51,960 nucleotides of DNA, from the NCBI GenBank assembly GCA_016765095.1, contig JAESQQ010000050.1, positions 1 to 51,960 of the forward strand. The letters run 5' to 3'. Every line of letters begins with the position of its first letter. Position 1 is the stretch's first letter. The notes beneath the pieces are model-generated. The model was not told where the DNA came from and made no database searches. It saw nothing but the letters and a program-made list of their open reading frames with translations. Of the stretch, positions 16,303 to 25,753 are shown in pieces. Made by a program: the position numbers and the translations under genes. The DNA is from Planctomycetota bacterium. Lineage in GTDB: Bacteria; Planctomycetota; J058.

Positions 16303-18021
16303 AGTAACCGTTCAGGCCCTAGGACGGCCGTTGCCTGCGAAGAGCGCCCCGACCCTTCGTTCCGGAAGCGCATCACTGGATCCCGAAAGCTGACGCTCGG
16401 CGCGTCACGAGAGGAAGGCTGCCCGACGTTGGCGGACGACATTGATGGCACTTAACGCGTTTCCGCCCTGGAGAGGCTGGCTGGCCTGCGAGATGTATAG
16501 GCCTGATCGTGGGCAAGGCTCGAAAGACAAAGAGGAAGCGAGGGTCCGTCCACCGCGAGTGCGACGCCCGTATCGCCAGGCTTGAAGCACTGGTTGCAGG
16601 TCAGACTGCAGAGCTCAAAGAGCTCAAGCGCCGGCTCGGGCAGGACTCTTCCAACTCGGACAAAGCGCCTTCGACAGATCCGCCGGGGAAGCCGCCTAAG
16701 CAGAAGCGAAAGCGCGGCGAACGAAAGCCCGGTGGCCAACCCGGGCACGAAGGGCGAACGCGAGCCCTTCTTCCGCCCGACGAAGTCGACGAGATCCGCG
16801 AGCACAAGCCCCTGGCCTGCCGAGACTGCGGCCTCAAGCTCGGAGGGAGCGACCTCTGGCCCCAGCGACACCAGGTGACGGAGGTGCCTCCGGTCAAGCC
16901 AACGGTCGTCGAGCACAGGCTGCATTCGCTCAAGTGTCCCTGCGGAGCCGCGACCCGGGCAGACCTTCCGGTGGGTGTGCCGAGGGGGGCCTTTGGGCCC
17001 AGGCTCCAGGCGCTTGTTGGACTCTTGACTGGCGCCTACCGAATCTCGAAGCGAAACACCGTCCAGCTCCTCTCGGATTGCTTCGGGGTGGATATCGCCT
17101 TGGGGTCAATCAAGCGACTCGAAGACGATCTCTCGATCGCACTCGCCGCGCCGGTCGAGGCCGCGAAGGACTACGTGAGGGTTCAACCGGTTGTCGGCAT
17201 GGACGAGACCGGTTGGAGCCAGGCCGGCAAGAAGGCATGGCTTTGGACCGCCGTGACCAACCTCGTGATCGTGTTCACGATTCGCTTCAGTCGCGGGTCG
17301 AAGGTCGCCAAGGGTCTCGTGGGTGAGGACTACGGGGGGGTGGTCGTCTCCGACCGCTGGTCCGGCTACAAGTGGATCCCGGTCAAGCGACGTCAATTCT
17401 GCTGGGCCCACCTGAAGAGAGACTTCCAGAAGATCGCTGAGTCCGGCGGCGAACTAGCTGCGATTGGCGAGGCGCTTCAGGTCCAGCGGAAGCAACTCTT
17501 CAAGTGGTGGCACCGCGTCCGCGACGGAACCCTAGCGCGCTCCTCCTTCCAGACCTACGTCAACCCGCTCCGCAAGGAAGTCTGCAAGCTCCTGCGCCAG
17601 GGAGAGGCATGTACCGAGGAGAACCTCTCGGGCATGTGCAGCGAAATCCTCAAGCTGGAAGCGGCCATGTGGACCTTCGTCCGCGTGGCTGGGGTAGAGC
17701 CGACGAACAACGAATCGGAGCGAGCACTTCGTCACGCCGTGATTTGGCGCAAGACGTCCTTCGGGACACACAGCGAGGGCGGGTCGACCTTCGTCGAGCG
17801 GATCTTGACGGTGGTCGCGAGCCTGCGCCTGCAACGACGCAGCGTCCTCGACTACCTCACCGAGGCGTGCGAGGGCGCCCTCCAGGGCCGCGTGGGCCCG
17901 TCGCTCTTACCTCCGGACGCGCTGGCGGGAGCGCAGAAGGCCGCCTGAGCGGCTTTCGCTCTGTTATGCACTCCTGTCAGCCATTGGCACGATTACGCTG
18001 AGATAGCCCTGAACGGTTACT
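16303..18021 (+). mobile_element. IS66-family insertion sequence (single-ORF type, ~1.72 kb)
   Basis: Terminal inverted repeats AGTAACCGTTCAGG at 16303-16316 and its complement at 18008-18021 (IS66 ends typically begin GTAA). Encloses one IS66-type transposase. No matching direct repeat in the flanks (CGTCCTC vs CCGCCGA). Confidence 0.85.
16509..17948 (+). CDS. IS66 family transposase
   Basis: GGQPGHEG, the zinc-finger-like CRDCG...KCPCG, the DDE region VGMDETGW...VVVSDRWSGY, and QFCWAHLKRDF are all characteristic of IS66 TnpC-type transposases. Confidence 0.9.
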   Translation: MGKARKTKRKRGSVHRECDARIARLEALVAGQTAELKELKRRLGQDSSNSDKAPSTDPPGKPPKQKRKRGERKPGGQPGHEGRTRALLPPDEVDEIREHKPLACRDCGLKLGGSDLWPQRHQVTEVPPVKPTVVEHRLHSLKCPCGAATRADLPVGVPRGAFGPRLQALVGLLTGAYRISKRNTVQLLSDCFGVDIALGSIKRLEDDLSIALAAPVEAAKDYVRVQPVVGMDETGWSQAGKKAWLWTAVTNLVIVFTIRFSRGSKVAKGLVGEDYGGVVVSDRWSGYKWIPVKRRQFCWAHLKRDFQKIAESGGELAAIGEALQVQRKQLFKWWHRVRDGTLARSSFQTYVNPLRKEVCKLLRQGEACTEENLSGMCSEILKLEAAMWTFVRVAGVEPTNNESERALRHAVIWRKTSFGTHSEGGSTFVERILTVVASLRLQRRSVLDYLTEACEGALQGRVGPSLLPPDALAGAQKAA

Positions 18022-18035
18022 CCGCCGACAGCAAG

Positions 18036-21000
18036 TTGGGCGTGATCGAGATCGACATTGAGGATTTGTATGAGTTTGCTGAGGAGCTGGCTCTGCGAGA
18101 TGACGGCATCACGGACGACTGGGCGGCAGCGGTGCTCGAGGACCTGGTTCGCAGGTCTCCCAAGGAATTGAAAGAAGATCTTTGCTTTCTCAAGAAGATC
18201 GAGATCCTGCCGACATCAGACGGAATCCGCAGGCCCTTGGCCCATGGGGATACGGCTGCACTGGTGCTTGACTCGGCCCTGGCTGCCCCCGAAGACTTGC
18301 TGGAAGAGAAACTGTCCGTGCCCATTCTTCGAGGTTCTCCTCGATTGGAGGAAGCGGCCGGTAGAGCTCTGAGGCACTTTCCTCCGCTGATAAGTGCGCT
18401 CACTCCTGAGTTCGTTGCAAAATCCCTTGCTGGTGCTGATTCGTCAGGGCTAGGGGTAGTCCCATGGAAAGAGTCAATCCCATGGGAAGAGAGGCTGAGC
18501 GCATTAGAGTTCGGTGACGTCAAGAGACTCCTCGACTATCTGGGACGGATTCGCTGGGACGGATTCGATGCTGATGAGGATGTCCGGCGTGTCCTTCGCG
18601 AGCGTCTGCCACTGCTGACGACCCGGGGAGGAATCACGCGAGCTAGTGCCAGCAACTTGTACCGGGCGATTGGAGTGCTCCCACCACTCGAACTCAAAGC
18701 TAGGGTGACCCTGCTCGACGTGGGTGGTGACGGGTGGGACTCGTTGGCCGGCGCCTTGGGGGTCAAGGCGCTCGATGCCGCACGCCTGCTCATAGAGCAG
18801 GCCGTGCCCTTCCTCAAAGGGGAGGCGGACGAGGACTCCAAGGAAATGGTCCGGGCCTGGGTCATTCGCGAGGCCCCCGAGGTCATCCGAGAGGCCGAAG
18901 AGAAGCAAGAACTGCTAAAGGCACTTCGGGGGGCGCCACTCCTCCCCCTTCGCGGAGAGGAAGGGGAAGTCGGCGCTGCCGTAGACTCTTATCGGGCCAA
19001 CACTGTCGAGATCTTGGACAAACTCACAAAGGTTCTCGGGCCGAACCCTCGAGTGGTCGTGAAAAAACCGCCACTCGGACTCAGCAGGGGTGAGTGGCGT
19101 GAGATCATGGGTGATCTCAGTGTGCCGAGTAACCCACGCACATCGGACATCCTCTTGTCCATTCTCGAAGCCGCTGACCAGTGGCTCGAGGCTGAGTTGC
19201 GAGAAGTCGCGACCGCACGCCTTCGGGGAACCTACGACTATCTCAACGAGAAGGGGCGATTGGCAGAGCTAGACAAGTTTCCGCTGACCCAAATGGCACT
19301 GGACCGGGCTTTGGTGACCATCAGTGCACAGGGCGGCCCCACGACGCTCAAGCCTGGGAGTCGTATTCTATCTGGCGTCCTCCAACACCTTGCGTGGATC
19401 CCCGCTCAGCCACGTCTCTGGTCGAGCGACCATGACGATTTTACTGGCTGCCTATACAAGCCGAGCCAGGTCTATCGCCCCGGCCTGCGTCTGCTGGTGT
19501 GTGCTGCCCGGCCTATTCTTCGGTTCGCGGAGCCCTTGATCGAAGTTCGAGATCTGCTCGGTTTCGCCTCGGTGGACGTTACAAAGCTACACGAAGAACA
19601 GGACTTCGGAGTGCTCGGTGAGCAGCTCGGCGCACTCTTGGCTGTTGACCCAGCCGAGCTTGAGGACCGCGACTTGTATGAGTTCCAGCGGGCGGTCGGC
19701 TCAGTGTATGGCGAGTTAGCCCAGCTCGCCGATCCAGGGAGAAGTTTGAGGGAGTGGTCTTGGTCGTGTCTAGGGAGCGGCCCGGGGGGGGAGATCGGGG
19801 TTCTCTTGGATGGAAGGTGGCGTTGTGCCGAGAGTGTGTTCTTCGATTCTCAACACATCGAGCCCAACCAGTGGATCGGATCGATTTCAGGGAACAAGCA
19901 GGCTGTCGCCAAACAGCGCCCCTTTCTCGAAGCCGTGGGGGTGCGAGATAAGCCCGGTGTGTGTGACTGGGTGCGGCTTCTACGTGGAATGCACGATAGC
20001 CGTGAGGGACCCCTGACGAATTCCGACCTACACCTGGCGCTCAGGGCGCTTGCCAGGCTCGCCTCGCTGCTACGGGAAGGCTACAAAACAGAGCCCGACG
20101 GGCCCGTCTTTGTCCTGAGCGAGGACGACACCTTGATTGAGGCGAGCAAGTCCTTCGAAGTTGACAGTCCGCGTATTCGAGCGCTCGGGAACGGATTCGA
20201 CCTACCGAGCATCAAGCGGGTTGAGGACAACATACGCGTCGCCGTCTGGGGAGGTGTCCAGCAGATCTCGCATGTGGCGCGATTCGCAAACCCCACGGGT
20301 TTGGTGGTCGAGCACTACCCGAAGTCTGCTTCGGTTAAGTCACTGATTGCTTTGTATAAAGATGACGCCGTGGTTTGGAGTGGTCTGGTAGCGCGGTTGC
20401 GCTACCACTACGCTGTGTGTGGACACAACGCCAGGGACGTGGATCTGGAGACGTTCAGCGAGTGGCGATCAGGAGCAGTCGAACTCGCCAGACAATTGAC
20501 GCTCTATGTCTACGACCAACTAACCGTCGACCTCGTCATTGAGGGGACCGGCCAAGAGAACTTCGCTTTGGAGGAAGACTACTTCGTTAACCATGACGCG
20601 GGCGAGATTCACATCGTTGAGCGTGAACTCGACTTCTGCCTTGACCAGGCACTGTCCTGGCTCTGCTTGGGGAGGGAAGCCAGCGGTCCCGAGGCCGCCG
20701 AGGCCGCAAGGCTGCTGAGTCGGGTGGCTCGGTCCCCGCAGGATGCTCGCGCCATCCTGGATCGGCAGAACGTCTCCAGCCCCCCGGACGAGAATGAGCG
20801 ACTGGCGGACGTGGACTGCGAGGCGATTGACGCCGACTTCCCCGCTTCGGGCGGGGAACCGGACAGCGAAGGCTCTGACGAGGGAGTTGTGAGCTCTAAC
20901 GAGAATGGACACGAGGAGGACGGCGCTCAGCAAGACGGAATTGAGCCTGATGAAGAGGGTGCCGGAACCGAGTCAGCTGATTCCCACCGTCTTGGCGTTG

Positions 21001-22076
21001 GCAACGACCAATTGGCCAACCGCAGCAGGGAGGACATAGGAGAGGAAACCCTCGGTGCGCCGGACTGGATCAGATCTGACGTCATTGGAGCCAGACACGA
21101 AACTGATGGTATGAGCGGGAACCTCCCTCTAGCAGGAGGTGTCTCCAACAGTGAAACTGGGAACCCACCCAGCCCGAAGAGCGGAGCGTTTCCCCAACCC
21201 AGCCCGAAGAGCGGAGCGTCTCCCCGTCGAACTCGTAGCACGGGCACGAGCGGGAGCGACTCGGGCATCGAGGGGAGCGGTTCTAGTCGTGGGGGGACGA
21301 CAGAGTCCAGCCCAGGCGCAACGCGGTCTCCTTCCGACAACACTCGGAGCAGGACCAGCGAGCGCTCTAGTCGTCCACGCGATCGGATGACGAGCTACGT
21401 CGCCCGCGAGGATGCCGAGGAGAACATGCGACACCGCGATCGGCGCGAGTGGGAGAAGGGAGCGGAGGCAGGTAAGTTTGGTGAGGTGGTGGTGGTTGAA
21501 CACGAGCGAAACCAAGGTTGGATCGCACATCAAATGGACATCGAGAACCCCAATAACCCCGGATATGACATCGCTTCGTCGCCCAAGGTGAAGGATGAAC
21601 TCCCAGACATGGATCATCCGGACGCGCGCTACATCGAAGTGAAGAGCACAAGGGGCGCATGGGATGCGTATGGCGTGGGTCTCAGCGAGACACAGTTCAA
21701 GCTGGCTCAAGAGCTGGGGCGGCGCTGGTGGCTCTATGTAGTGGAACACGTCGACTCGAAGCGACCGGTGGTCCACGAGGTTCCCAACCCCCTAGTCGAC
21801 GCAGGACTTCAGTACCGCTTCGATGGCGTTTGGGCAGAGTGGGCGGCTCGGCAGCGAGAGGCCAGATCCACCGCGCCCGACGCTAGTGAACCGGCCTGCG
21901 ACCCTCAGGTCGGCAAGTGGTTCAAACAGATGCGGCGGACCGGCCAGACCTGGACCTTTCGTGTAGAGAAGATCTGGTTTGATCAGGCCAGCGGACGACG
22001 CTTAGCGCAGGTACTGCTCGCCACCGGCCAGACCCAGATCATCCAAAACTTGGACAACTGGGAGTCGAGCGACTGA
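18036..22076 (+). CDS. DUF3883-type giant protein (C-terminal PD-(D/E)xK nuclease-like domain), apparently 5'-truncated
   Basis: C-terminus GEVVVVEHERNQGW...NPGYDIASS...ARYIEVKSTRG...WWLYVVEH matches the DUF3883/NO-VEIN-type nuclease-like domain. The frame is open back through the IS66 right end to a stop at 17946-17948. The TTG start has no RBS. Relatives usually start with a sacsin-like GHKL ATPase, which is missing here. Confidence 0.7.
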   Translation: MGVIEIDIEDLYEFAEELALRDDGITDDWAAAVLEDLVRRSPKELKEDLCFLKKIEILPTSDGIRRPLAHGDTAALVLDSALAAPEDLLEEKLSVPILRGSPRLEEAAGRALRHFPPLISALTPEFVAKSLAGADSSGLGVVPWKESIPWEERLSALEFGDVKRLLDYLGRIRWDGFDADEDVRRVLRERLPLLTTRGGITRASASNLYRAIGVLPPLELKARVTLLDVGGDGWDSLAGALGVKALDAARLLIEQAVPFLKGEADEDSKEMVRAWVIREAPEVIREAEEKQELLKALRGAPLLPLRGEEGEVGAAVDSYRANTVEILDKLTKVLGPNPRVVVKKPPLGLSRGEWREIMGDLSVPSNPRTSDILLSILEAADQWLEAELREVATARLRGTYDYLNEKGRLAELDKFPLTQMALDRALVTISAQGGPTTLKPGSRILSGVLQHLAWIPAQPRLWSSDHDDFTGCLYKPSQVYRPGLRLLVCAARPILRFAEPLIEVRDLLGFASVDVTKLHEEQDFGVLGEQLGALLAVDPAELEDRDLYEFQRAVGSVYGELAQLADPGRSLREWSWSCLGSGPGGEIGVLLDGRWRCAESVFFDSQHIEPNQWIGSISGNKQAVAKQRPFLEAVGVRDKPGVCDWVRLLRGMHDSREGPLTNSDLHLALRALARLASLLREGYKTEPDGPVFVLSEDDTLIEASKSFEVDSPRIRALGNGFDLPSIKRVEDNIRVAVWGGVQQISHVARFANPTGLVVEHYPKSASVKSLIALYKDDAVVWSGLVARLRYHYAVCGHNARDVDLETFSEWRSGAVELARQLTLYVYDQLTVDLVIEGTGQENFALEEDYFVNHDAGEIHIVERELDFCLDQALSWLCLGREASGPEAAEAARLLSRVARSPQDARAILDRQNVSSPPDENERLADVDCEAIDADFPASGGEPDSEGSDEGVVSSNENGHEEDGAQQDGIEPDEEGAGTESADSHRLGVGNDQLANRSREDIGEETLGAPDWIRSDVIGARHETDGMSGNLPLAGGVSNSETGNPPSPKSGAFPQPSPKSGASPRRTRSTGTSGSDSGIEGSGSSRGGTTESSPGATRSPSDNTRSRTSERSSRPRDRMTSYVAREDAEENMRHRDRREWEKGAEAGKFGEVVVVEHERNQGWIAHQMDIENPNNPGYDIASSPKVKDELPDMDHPDARYIEVKSTRGAWDAYGVGLSETQFKLAQELGRRWWLYVVEHVDSKRPVVHEVPNPLVDAGLQYRFDGVWAEWAARQREARSTAPDASEPACDPQVGKWFKQMRRTGQTWTFRVEKIWFDQASGRRLAQVLLATGQTQIIQNLDNWESSD

Positions 22077-22077
22077 T

Positions 22078-23793
22078 ATGGCCCGCATGATTCCCACCCT
22101 GGACGCTCAAACTCTCGCTGCGGTTTCTTCTGCTGCTGAGCGCGAAGTCTATCGAGCCATGCGTGACAATCTCCCAAGCTCGGTCTGGGTTCTGCACGGC
22201 CTCTCTTTGCTCGCCAAAACCCGTGACGGCGCCCTTCGCGATCTCGAGGCCGATTTCGTGGTCTTCGACCGCGATCAGGGGCTCCTAGTGGTTGAGGTCA
22301 AGGGTGGTGGGGTGTCCTTCGACCCCCGTACATCCGAGTGGCACTCAATCGACCGACACAGAAATCGCCACGAGATCAAGGATCCCTTCGCCCAGGCCCG
22401 GCGGGCCATGTACGCCGTCCTCTACACCCTCAAAGAAGAGGGCCGGTGGCCCTCAGGTCGTGCGCCACGTCTGGTTGCCGCCCACGGTGCCCTGTTCCCC
22501 GACCTGGTTGACGTGGGGTCTCTTGTTCGACCAGGAATCGACGTGAGGCAGATCGGGGGCGCTGGGGCGCTGGAAGACCTGTCCAAGTGGTGTGCAACGC
22601 TGTTCGCTGCCTTTCGGGGTGAACAGGCAGGGGCGGGTGGACTTGGCTCCGCCGGCATGCAGGTCATTGATCAACTATTCTGTCGTCCTGTGGTGGTCCA
22701 GGCTCCGCTGGCCCTCGCGATAAGGCGCGAAGCCCGTCGGCAGGTGGAGTTGACGGTGCGACAGGCACTGGTGCTTCGCAGCCTTAGCCGGCAGCGCCAT
22801 GCCTTGGTGGCTGGCGGAGCAGGCACGGGGAAGACCCTGCTGGCGTTGGAGCAGGCTAGGGACTTCGCTCGCAAGGGGTTGCGCACAGCCCTGCTTTGCT
22901 TCAGCCGCCCCCTTGGCAAGTTCTTGGAGCGCCAGAACTCGGAGGACTTCGCATGTCTCACGACGTGTTCCTTCCACAAACTAGCCTACGACTGGATCGA
23001 GCGGGCCAAGCGCGAGCACAACTGGGACCCACTGACGCACGCACGGGAAGAGCACCCCAACGCCGATCACTACGACACCCACATGCCCATGGGTCTGGCG
23101 TACGCCTCGGAAGTTATTGAGGACCGTTTCGACGCCCTCGTTGTCGACGAAGGCCAAGACTTGCCGCCTGACGCATGGTTTGCGCTGCAATTGTTGCTGA
23201 CAGACGCTGAGGAGTCGCGTTTTCTCATCTTCTACGACCCCAATCAGGCCGTCTACGGAGACCGCAGTCACCTGCCCATCACCAAGGCGCCGTTCCTGCT
23301 TGTCGAGAACTGTCGGAACACACGTCCCATCCACGAGGCGGCCTATCGACACTACAAAGGTGACGCGATTGACCCTCCCGACATCGAGGGCGCAGGCATT
23401 GAGTTGATCAAGGAGCCCACACCTGTGCATCAGGCGCGCGTCATCCGGCGTCTAGTTGGGCGGCTGGTCACCACCGAGAAGGTCGCGCCCGAGCAGATCG
23501 CCGTGCTGCTCTGCGGTCGACACTCGCGCGGTCGCGTTGCGGCGTTGCAGCAAGCAGGCAGGCCCTCTGGTGCGTGCTGGAGCCATGAGCAACTCTGGGT
23601 GCCTGGCGCGGTTCTCGTTGACACTGCCCATCGCTTCAAGGGGCTTGAAGCCGCCGCGGTGATCCTCTGGCTTCACGACACGGTGGACGCCAATAGAGAC
23701 GTCGCCGACCTGTACGTGGGCTTGTCCCGAGCCCGCTCCCGGCTATGGGTGGTAGGCGCGCCTCATGCCCTCAAGAGGATTGGCTTGAACTGA
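22078..23793 (+). CDS. NERD-domain + SF1 (UvrD/AAA_19-like) helicase
   Basis: The N-terminal NERD pattern EREVYRAMRDNLP..VLHGL..LEADFVVFDRDQGLLVVEVKGG is followed by Walker A GGAGTGKT, VVDEGQDL, NCRNT and YVGLSRARSRLWVVG. ATG is 1 nt after the upstream stop. Confidence 0.85.
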   Translation: MARMIPTLDAQTLAAVSSAAEREVYRAMRDNLPSSVWVLHGLSLLAKTRDGALRDLEADFVVFDRDQGLLVVEVKGGGVSFDPRTSEWHSIDRHRNRHEIKDPFAQARRAMYAVLYTLKEEGRWPSGRAPRLVAAHGALFPDLVDVGSLVRPGIDVRQIGGAGALEDLSKWCATLFAAFRGEQAGAGGLGSAGMQVIDQLFCRPVVVQAPLALAIRREARRQVELTVRQALVLRSLSRQRHALVAGGAGTGKTLLALEQARDFARKGLRTALLCFSRPLGKFLERQNSEDFACLTTCSFHKLAYDWIERAKREHNWDPLTHAREEHPNADHYDTHMPMGLAYASEVIEDRFDALVVDEGQDLPPDAWFALQLLLTDAEESRFLIFYDPNQAVYGDRSHLPITKAPFLLVENCRNTRPIHEAAYRHYKGDAIDPPDIEGAGIELIKEPTPVHQARVIRRLVGRLVTTEKVAPEQIAVLLCGRHSRGRVAALQQAGRPSGACWSHEQLWVPGAVLVDTAHRFKGLEAAAVILWLHDTVDANRDVADLYVGLSRARSRLWVVGAPHALKRIGLN

Positions 23794-23880
23794 CCTACCT
23801 CCTTATGGCCGTCACCTTCACGAGTCACAGGTGATCCGGATTGTCTGGGTACACCGCAGTCGCCATGTCCCCTGCTCTAG

Positions 23881-23920
23881 CCCCCTTCCATCACCATTAG
23901 CCCCCTTCCATCACCATTAG
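23881..23920. repeat. Perfect 20-bp tandem duplication (CCCCCTTCCATCACCATTAG x2) within the IS1380 left end
   Basis: Positions 23881-23900 and 23901-23920 are identical. The unit contains most of the left terminal inverted repeat. Confidence 0.95.
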
Positions 23921-23995
23921 TGAAACAAGGACGTCGTACCTCGATGCCATAACACTGTTGCGAAACGACGAAACAGCAAAACGAGGGCGACGACC

Positions 23996-25387
23996 TTGAA
24001 GACAGAGTGTATTCCCACGGGCCTCGACTGCGGACGCCTGGGACGGCGCAAGATCACCCTCGGATTCGACGGCGGCAAGCTCTCCAGCGACGGTGGCGCG
24101 ATCCTGCTCCGAATGACGGAGCAGCGAACGGGAATCCTCTCGGGGTTCGCCACCGACTGCTTCCGAGACCACCGACTCCAAACTCGCGTGGAGCACTCCG
24201 TTGAGGACCTGCTCGCCCAGCGAGTCCTCGGCTACGAAGACCTCAACGACCACGACCAGATCCGCCACGATCCCCTCTTCGCGGTCGCTGTCGGCAAGCA
24301 AGCACCGGAAGGAAGAACGCGCCGAGCCGAGCAGGGCCCTGCCTTGGCGAGTAGCGCCACGCTCAACCGTCTCGAGCTCGCCACGCAAGATCACGAGCGG
24401 GATCGCTACAAGAAGATCGAGCTCGACTTCGAGGCGGCGGACCGCTTCTTCGTTCGGCAATTCCTCAAGCGATCAGGCGAGACGCCACCTCCCGAGATCG
24501 TGTTCGATCTCGACAACTCGGACATTCGCCTCCACGGCAACCAAGAGGGCCGCTTCTTCCACGCCTACTACCGGAGCTACTGCTATCTCCCGCTCTACGT
24601 GTTCTGCGGGGATCACCTGCTCGCCGCCCACCTCCAAACCGCCGACAAGGACGGAGCCAAAGACGCGATCCAAGTCTGCAAGGTGCTCGTCGCGGAGATC
24701 CGGGCCAAGTGGCCGGCGACGCGGATCGTCTTGCGCGGAGACTCGGGCTTCTGTCGAGACGCGCTCCTCTCGTGGTGCGAGTCCGAAGGGCTCGACTACG
24801 TCGTCGGCTTGGCCCGCAACTCACGCCTTCAGGAGGTGATCGCGGACGAACTCGCGTTGGCCGAAGACCTCTTCGAGTCGGGACTCCTGCCCGCACGGGT
24901 CTACGCCGACTTCGACTACGAGACCCTCGACTCGTGGAGCCGACCCAGGCGCGTGGTGGGCAAGGCTGAGCACCTCGAGAAGGGCTCAAACCCTCGCTTC
25001 ATAGTGACCTCCATGTCGAGAGACGAGGTTGAGGCTGACGTGCTTTACGAGCACGGTTACTGCCCACGCGGCGAAATGGAGAACCGGATCAAGGAGCTCT
25101 TCGGCACACGCACCAGCGGCGCGACGCTCCATGCGAACCAGATTCGGCTCTACTTCTCGGGCTTGGCCTACGTCCTCGTCCAGGCGCTTCGGGATCTCGG
25201 CCTGGCTGGGACCAGCCTCGCCAAGGCCCGCGCCGACACGATCCGGGTGAAGCTCCTCAAGATCGCCGCACGGGTGGAGATCACAGTCCGGAGGGTCTGG
25301 ATCAGGCTCTCCTCGACTTGCCCCTTCGCGAGGGCATTCCAAGAAGTCCACGAGAGACTCTTAGCCAGTCCCCAGATCGTTATGTAG
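23996..25387 (+). CDS. IS1380 family transposase
   Basis: ITLGFDGGKLSSDGGAILLRMTEQRTGI, HSVEDLLAQRVLGYEDLNDHDQIRHDPLF, YYRSYCYLPLYVF, LRGDSGF and NRIKEL are hallmark IS1380 (DDE_Tnp_1-associated) blocks. Confidence 0.9.
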   Translation: MKTECIPTGLDCGRLGRRKITLGFDGGKLSSDGGAILLRMTEQRTGILSGFATDCFRDHRLQTRVEHSVEDLLAQRVLGYEDLNDHDQIRHDPLFAVAVGKQAPEGRTRRAEQGPALASSATLNRLELATQDHERDRYKKIELDFEAADRFFVRQFLKRSGETPPPEIVFDLDNSDIRLHGNQEGRFFHAYYRSYCYLPLYVFCGDHLLAAHLQTADKDGAKDAIQVCKVLVAEIRAKWPATRIVLRGDSGFCRDALLSWCESEGLDYVVGLARNSRLQEVIADELALAEDLFESGLLPARVYADFDYETLDSWSRPRRVVGKAEHLEKGSNPRFIVTSMSRDEVEADVLYEHGYCPRGEMENRIKELFGTRTSGATLHANQIRLYFSGLAYVLVQALRDLGLAGTSLAKARADTIRVKLLKIAARVEITVRRVWIRLSSTCPFARAFQEVHERLLASPQIVM

Positions 25388-25550
25388 TGCACGCTCCGCA
25401 ACCGGGACGAATGGCGCCCTCCGCGCTTCACGGCCAAAGGACTGTCCGCGCTCTCCGGCTTCTGTCTCGTATGCGCGTCACCGACCACAATCGCCTCGCC
25501 CCCTTCCCTTCTGGACTTCGGGGCGGCGATCACAACTTCGATCAGCCCGA

Positions 25551-25742
25551 TCACCACTCATGGTGATCCTTCCGGGCTAGGAGCTGGCACCTCCGCTGCC
25601 ACGACTCCAGCAGTGCGGCCTGCCCAGCCAGTTGTTCCCGCAGCGCAAGGACTCCCTCCTCTCCGACGATCCTGCCGTCCTTGAGGTCCAGCCTGGCCAG
25701 AGCGCTGCTTCCTGCGAGAAACTCGAAACCGCAGTGCTCCAA
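25551..25742 (-). CDS. Small hypothetical ORF, 3' end interrupted by the IS1380 right end
   Basis: TTG start with GAGGGAG overlapping the stop of the upstream 240-aa gene. Reads into the IS at ~25581. A plausible original C-terminus (..AGDMATAVYPDNPDHL*) can be read on the other side of the IS at 23830-23876. Confidence 0.35.
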   Translation of the reverse strand: MEHCGFEFLAGSSALARLDLKDGRIVGEEGVLALREQLAGQAALLESWQRRCQLLARKDHHEW

Positions 25743-25753
25743 TACGAGCTCCC

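Larger units (their letters stand above)
23876..25581 (+). mobile_element. IS1380-family insertion sequence (~1.7 kb)
   Basis: Left end (T)CTAGCCCCCTTCCATCACCATTAGTG versus the reverse complement of the right end CCTAGCCCGGAAGGATCACCATGAGTG (25555-25581), about 19/27 matches. Ends starting CCTAG resemble ISEcp1-type IS1380 ends. CTAG could alternatively be a 4-bp target duplication. Confidence 0.75.

Noticed and set aside
16231-16303. A SECIS element downstream of the in-frame TGA
   Set aside because: Only a 5-bp stem with a 3-nt loop (GCCGC-ACU-GCGGU) could be folded by eye, and no apical GU-containing loop or bulged U was seen. The evidence is too weak to call, and the question is left open in the findings.
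21168-21219. Direct 22-bp repeat CCCAGCCCGAAGAGCGGAGCGT with a 30-bp period inside the DUF3883 gene
   Set aside because: It is an in-frame duplication encoding PSPKSGA(F/S)P within a Ser/Gly/Asp/Glu-rich disordered linker (roughly 20800-21400). This is ordinary low-complexity slippage, not a regulatory element.
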